The notes under the pieces: generated by a model
Told to the model about the DNA's origin: nothing
What the model saw: the letters and a program-made list of their open reading frames with translations, nothing else
Database searches by the model: none
Assembly: GCA_002633005.1 (NCBI GenBank)
Contig: NMRA01001029.1
Coordinates: 1 to 64,000, forward strand
Origin: Phoronis australis
Taxonomy: Eukaryota; Animalia; Phoronida
Length of the DNA stretch: 64,000 nucleotides
Direction: 5' to 3'
Shown here: piece by piece, positions 62,234 to 64,000 of the stretch
Position numbering within the stretch: the first letter of the stretch is position 1
Layout of the letters: every line of letters starts with the position of its first letter
Made by a program: the position numbers and the translations under genes

Positions 62234-64000
62234 ACCCGCCTACGTAAGGAACTAAACACCAATGCTATTTTAACATACTAAGTACGCGTAACATTCCAAA
62301 AAAATCAACCACCACTAACTACAAACTATAAATACACTACATATGCAAACGAATCACGATATATTACTAATAAAACAAAATAATGAAGACTTTTCGAGCA
62401 AGCCATAGCACATTCAGTTACAAGGAAAAAATGGCGGCGTTCAGGACAAGTTCCTGAACCGATGAGCCGGAAATGTGGGTACGGAAATAACCGATGACAA
62501 CCGGTAATCATACGCTCAGAGAGAAGGGTCAAATACTGCTAAAAAATCGCTTTTGGCAAGAAAGGCGAAAAGAATATAAAGAAAGGGTGTCGAAAATAAG
62601 AATTTATGTAGTAAGTATTTTCGGATACTGGAACCACATGGGCAGTTTGCAAGAAGGACTTTAAAACACAGCTGTTCAAGTTCCAGTAAAACCCAATCCA
62701 GGTGCCCATCCCTGACATCCTGATTGCTTGCTGAAAGACTGCCACCAGGGTTCCTGCCAGCAGTTTAAATAAAACAAGCATCCGGGGAACCATAAAACTG
62801 ACAAATCACAAGACACCACAGAAAGATAAAGGACGAATGATGTTGACGATTACAACATAGATCTGGACTAATGAAGTGGAAAGGTAATAGCTAGCACTAC
62901 TTTCTTAACAACGGTGGTTGTTATTACACCCAAATTGGTTTTCTCTGGCATCTGCACAGAGTTAAAGCCTGCATCGTGGACAGTAGTTTCAACTTGGTAC
63001 ATTTTAAATATTACAAAGACTAAAATGTTAATTTGTGTTGACCTTGACAAAGGACCACTTTCCAAAGGAACGTTGGTTTTAAATATGGTACATACCTGTT
63101 TTCATTACTTTATTTTTAATACTCCTGTCTACTTGTTTTTTTCTTACCGGTTAGAGTTGCTGTCTCTTTATCTTGTTTTTAAGTATCAAAACAATTTAGA
63201 AGTCAATTAATTGTGAACCCATCCCTGAATTTTCCAGATTACAGCTACACCAAAGATGTCACAGCAAACAAAACTTCACGTGTCATTACAATTAAAGTTC
63301 AATCTCTTTATTTGAACTCAAGTCATAAAATAACAAAAGTGCAAATATGGTCATAGTCAAACTGAAGATTTGGAACCTCTGGACAATTTTGGTTGCAGTA
63401 ACTACATAACTATTCTAGCTTTTCCTCAGTCATAAAAATGAAATTACAGCTCTTTCCCACCGACCAACCTCATGCAGACAGTGCTTGTATGCACTCTCTC
63501 GTTGACTACAAAGCTAGCCATCTTCTTGTCTTCACAAGTGTTCCATTACAACTACAATTAGTTAACTATCGAAGTTGCCACATTTCCGCGAATATTAGTT
63601 TTCCGGTTAGTGTACTACTCTTCGAGTGAAGCAGTTCGGCATGCACTGGGCCATAGCCCATAAGCGATGTTTTAAAAGTTATTTACAACAAATTTAGTCA
63701 TTGTGTGTTGTTTTCAGATGTTTCAATATAGCTTAGTTGTATATTAAAAGAATAATCCACGTTAATCAACGTTTGTAAATCCACCGAGTTTATCAATACA
63801 CGCAGACGTATATCTCCAATCGTACCCAATGTTCGTAGTTTTTAGCTAATAGTTCGTCGATTTTTAAAAATCGAAAACCAAACTTGGTTGTTCTTTTCCA
63901 CCTGAATACCGCTGTGGTATTTGTTTTTAACGAAAAGTGTTGGTTAATGCATTTTAAAAATTCGACATCTTATGGTCGGGTAATTACTCTTAACTGAGTC

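Noticed and set aside
61765-62281. ORFs spanning X residues
   Set aside because: Artefacts of the N gap.
62300-64000. Possible exons or transposase fragments after the gap
   Set aside because: Short frames with stops, no recognisable motifs and no consistent splice phases.

Overview
Repeat-dense animal genomic DNA. The transposon repertoire (Kolobok, Academ, ISL2EU, hAT, RTEX-type LINE, Penelope, BEL, Gypsy) is typical of a marine invertebrate, but the taxon cannot be fixed from the sequence. One host gene can be assembled by hand on the minus strand: five coding exons (51030-50349, 50082-49970, 42727-42586, 31680-31553, 22616-22362; 1320 nt, 439 aa) with matching splice phases and one GC-AG intron. 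It encodes an uncharacterised TPR-like protein ending in a minimal HPD J-domain. Almost everything else is nested, decayed mobile DNA. Highlights: (1) a Penelope-like insertion forming a 568-bp inverted repeat, with a minimal type I hammerhead ribozyme in each arm, inside the last intron; (2) several hAT-type elements with 5-bp rather than 8-bp target-site duplications; (3) two inverted copies of an ISL2EU-like element bracketing the whole gene; (4) resolvable nested insertions. There is a 283-N assembly gap at 61951-62233. Most ORFs in the supplied track are chance or TE-derived. All family assignments are by eye, without database searches.
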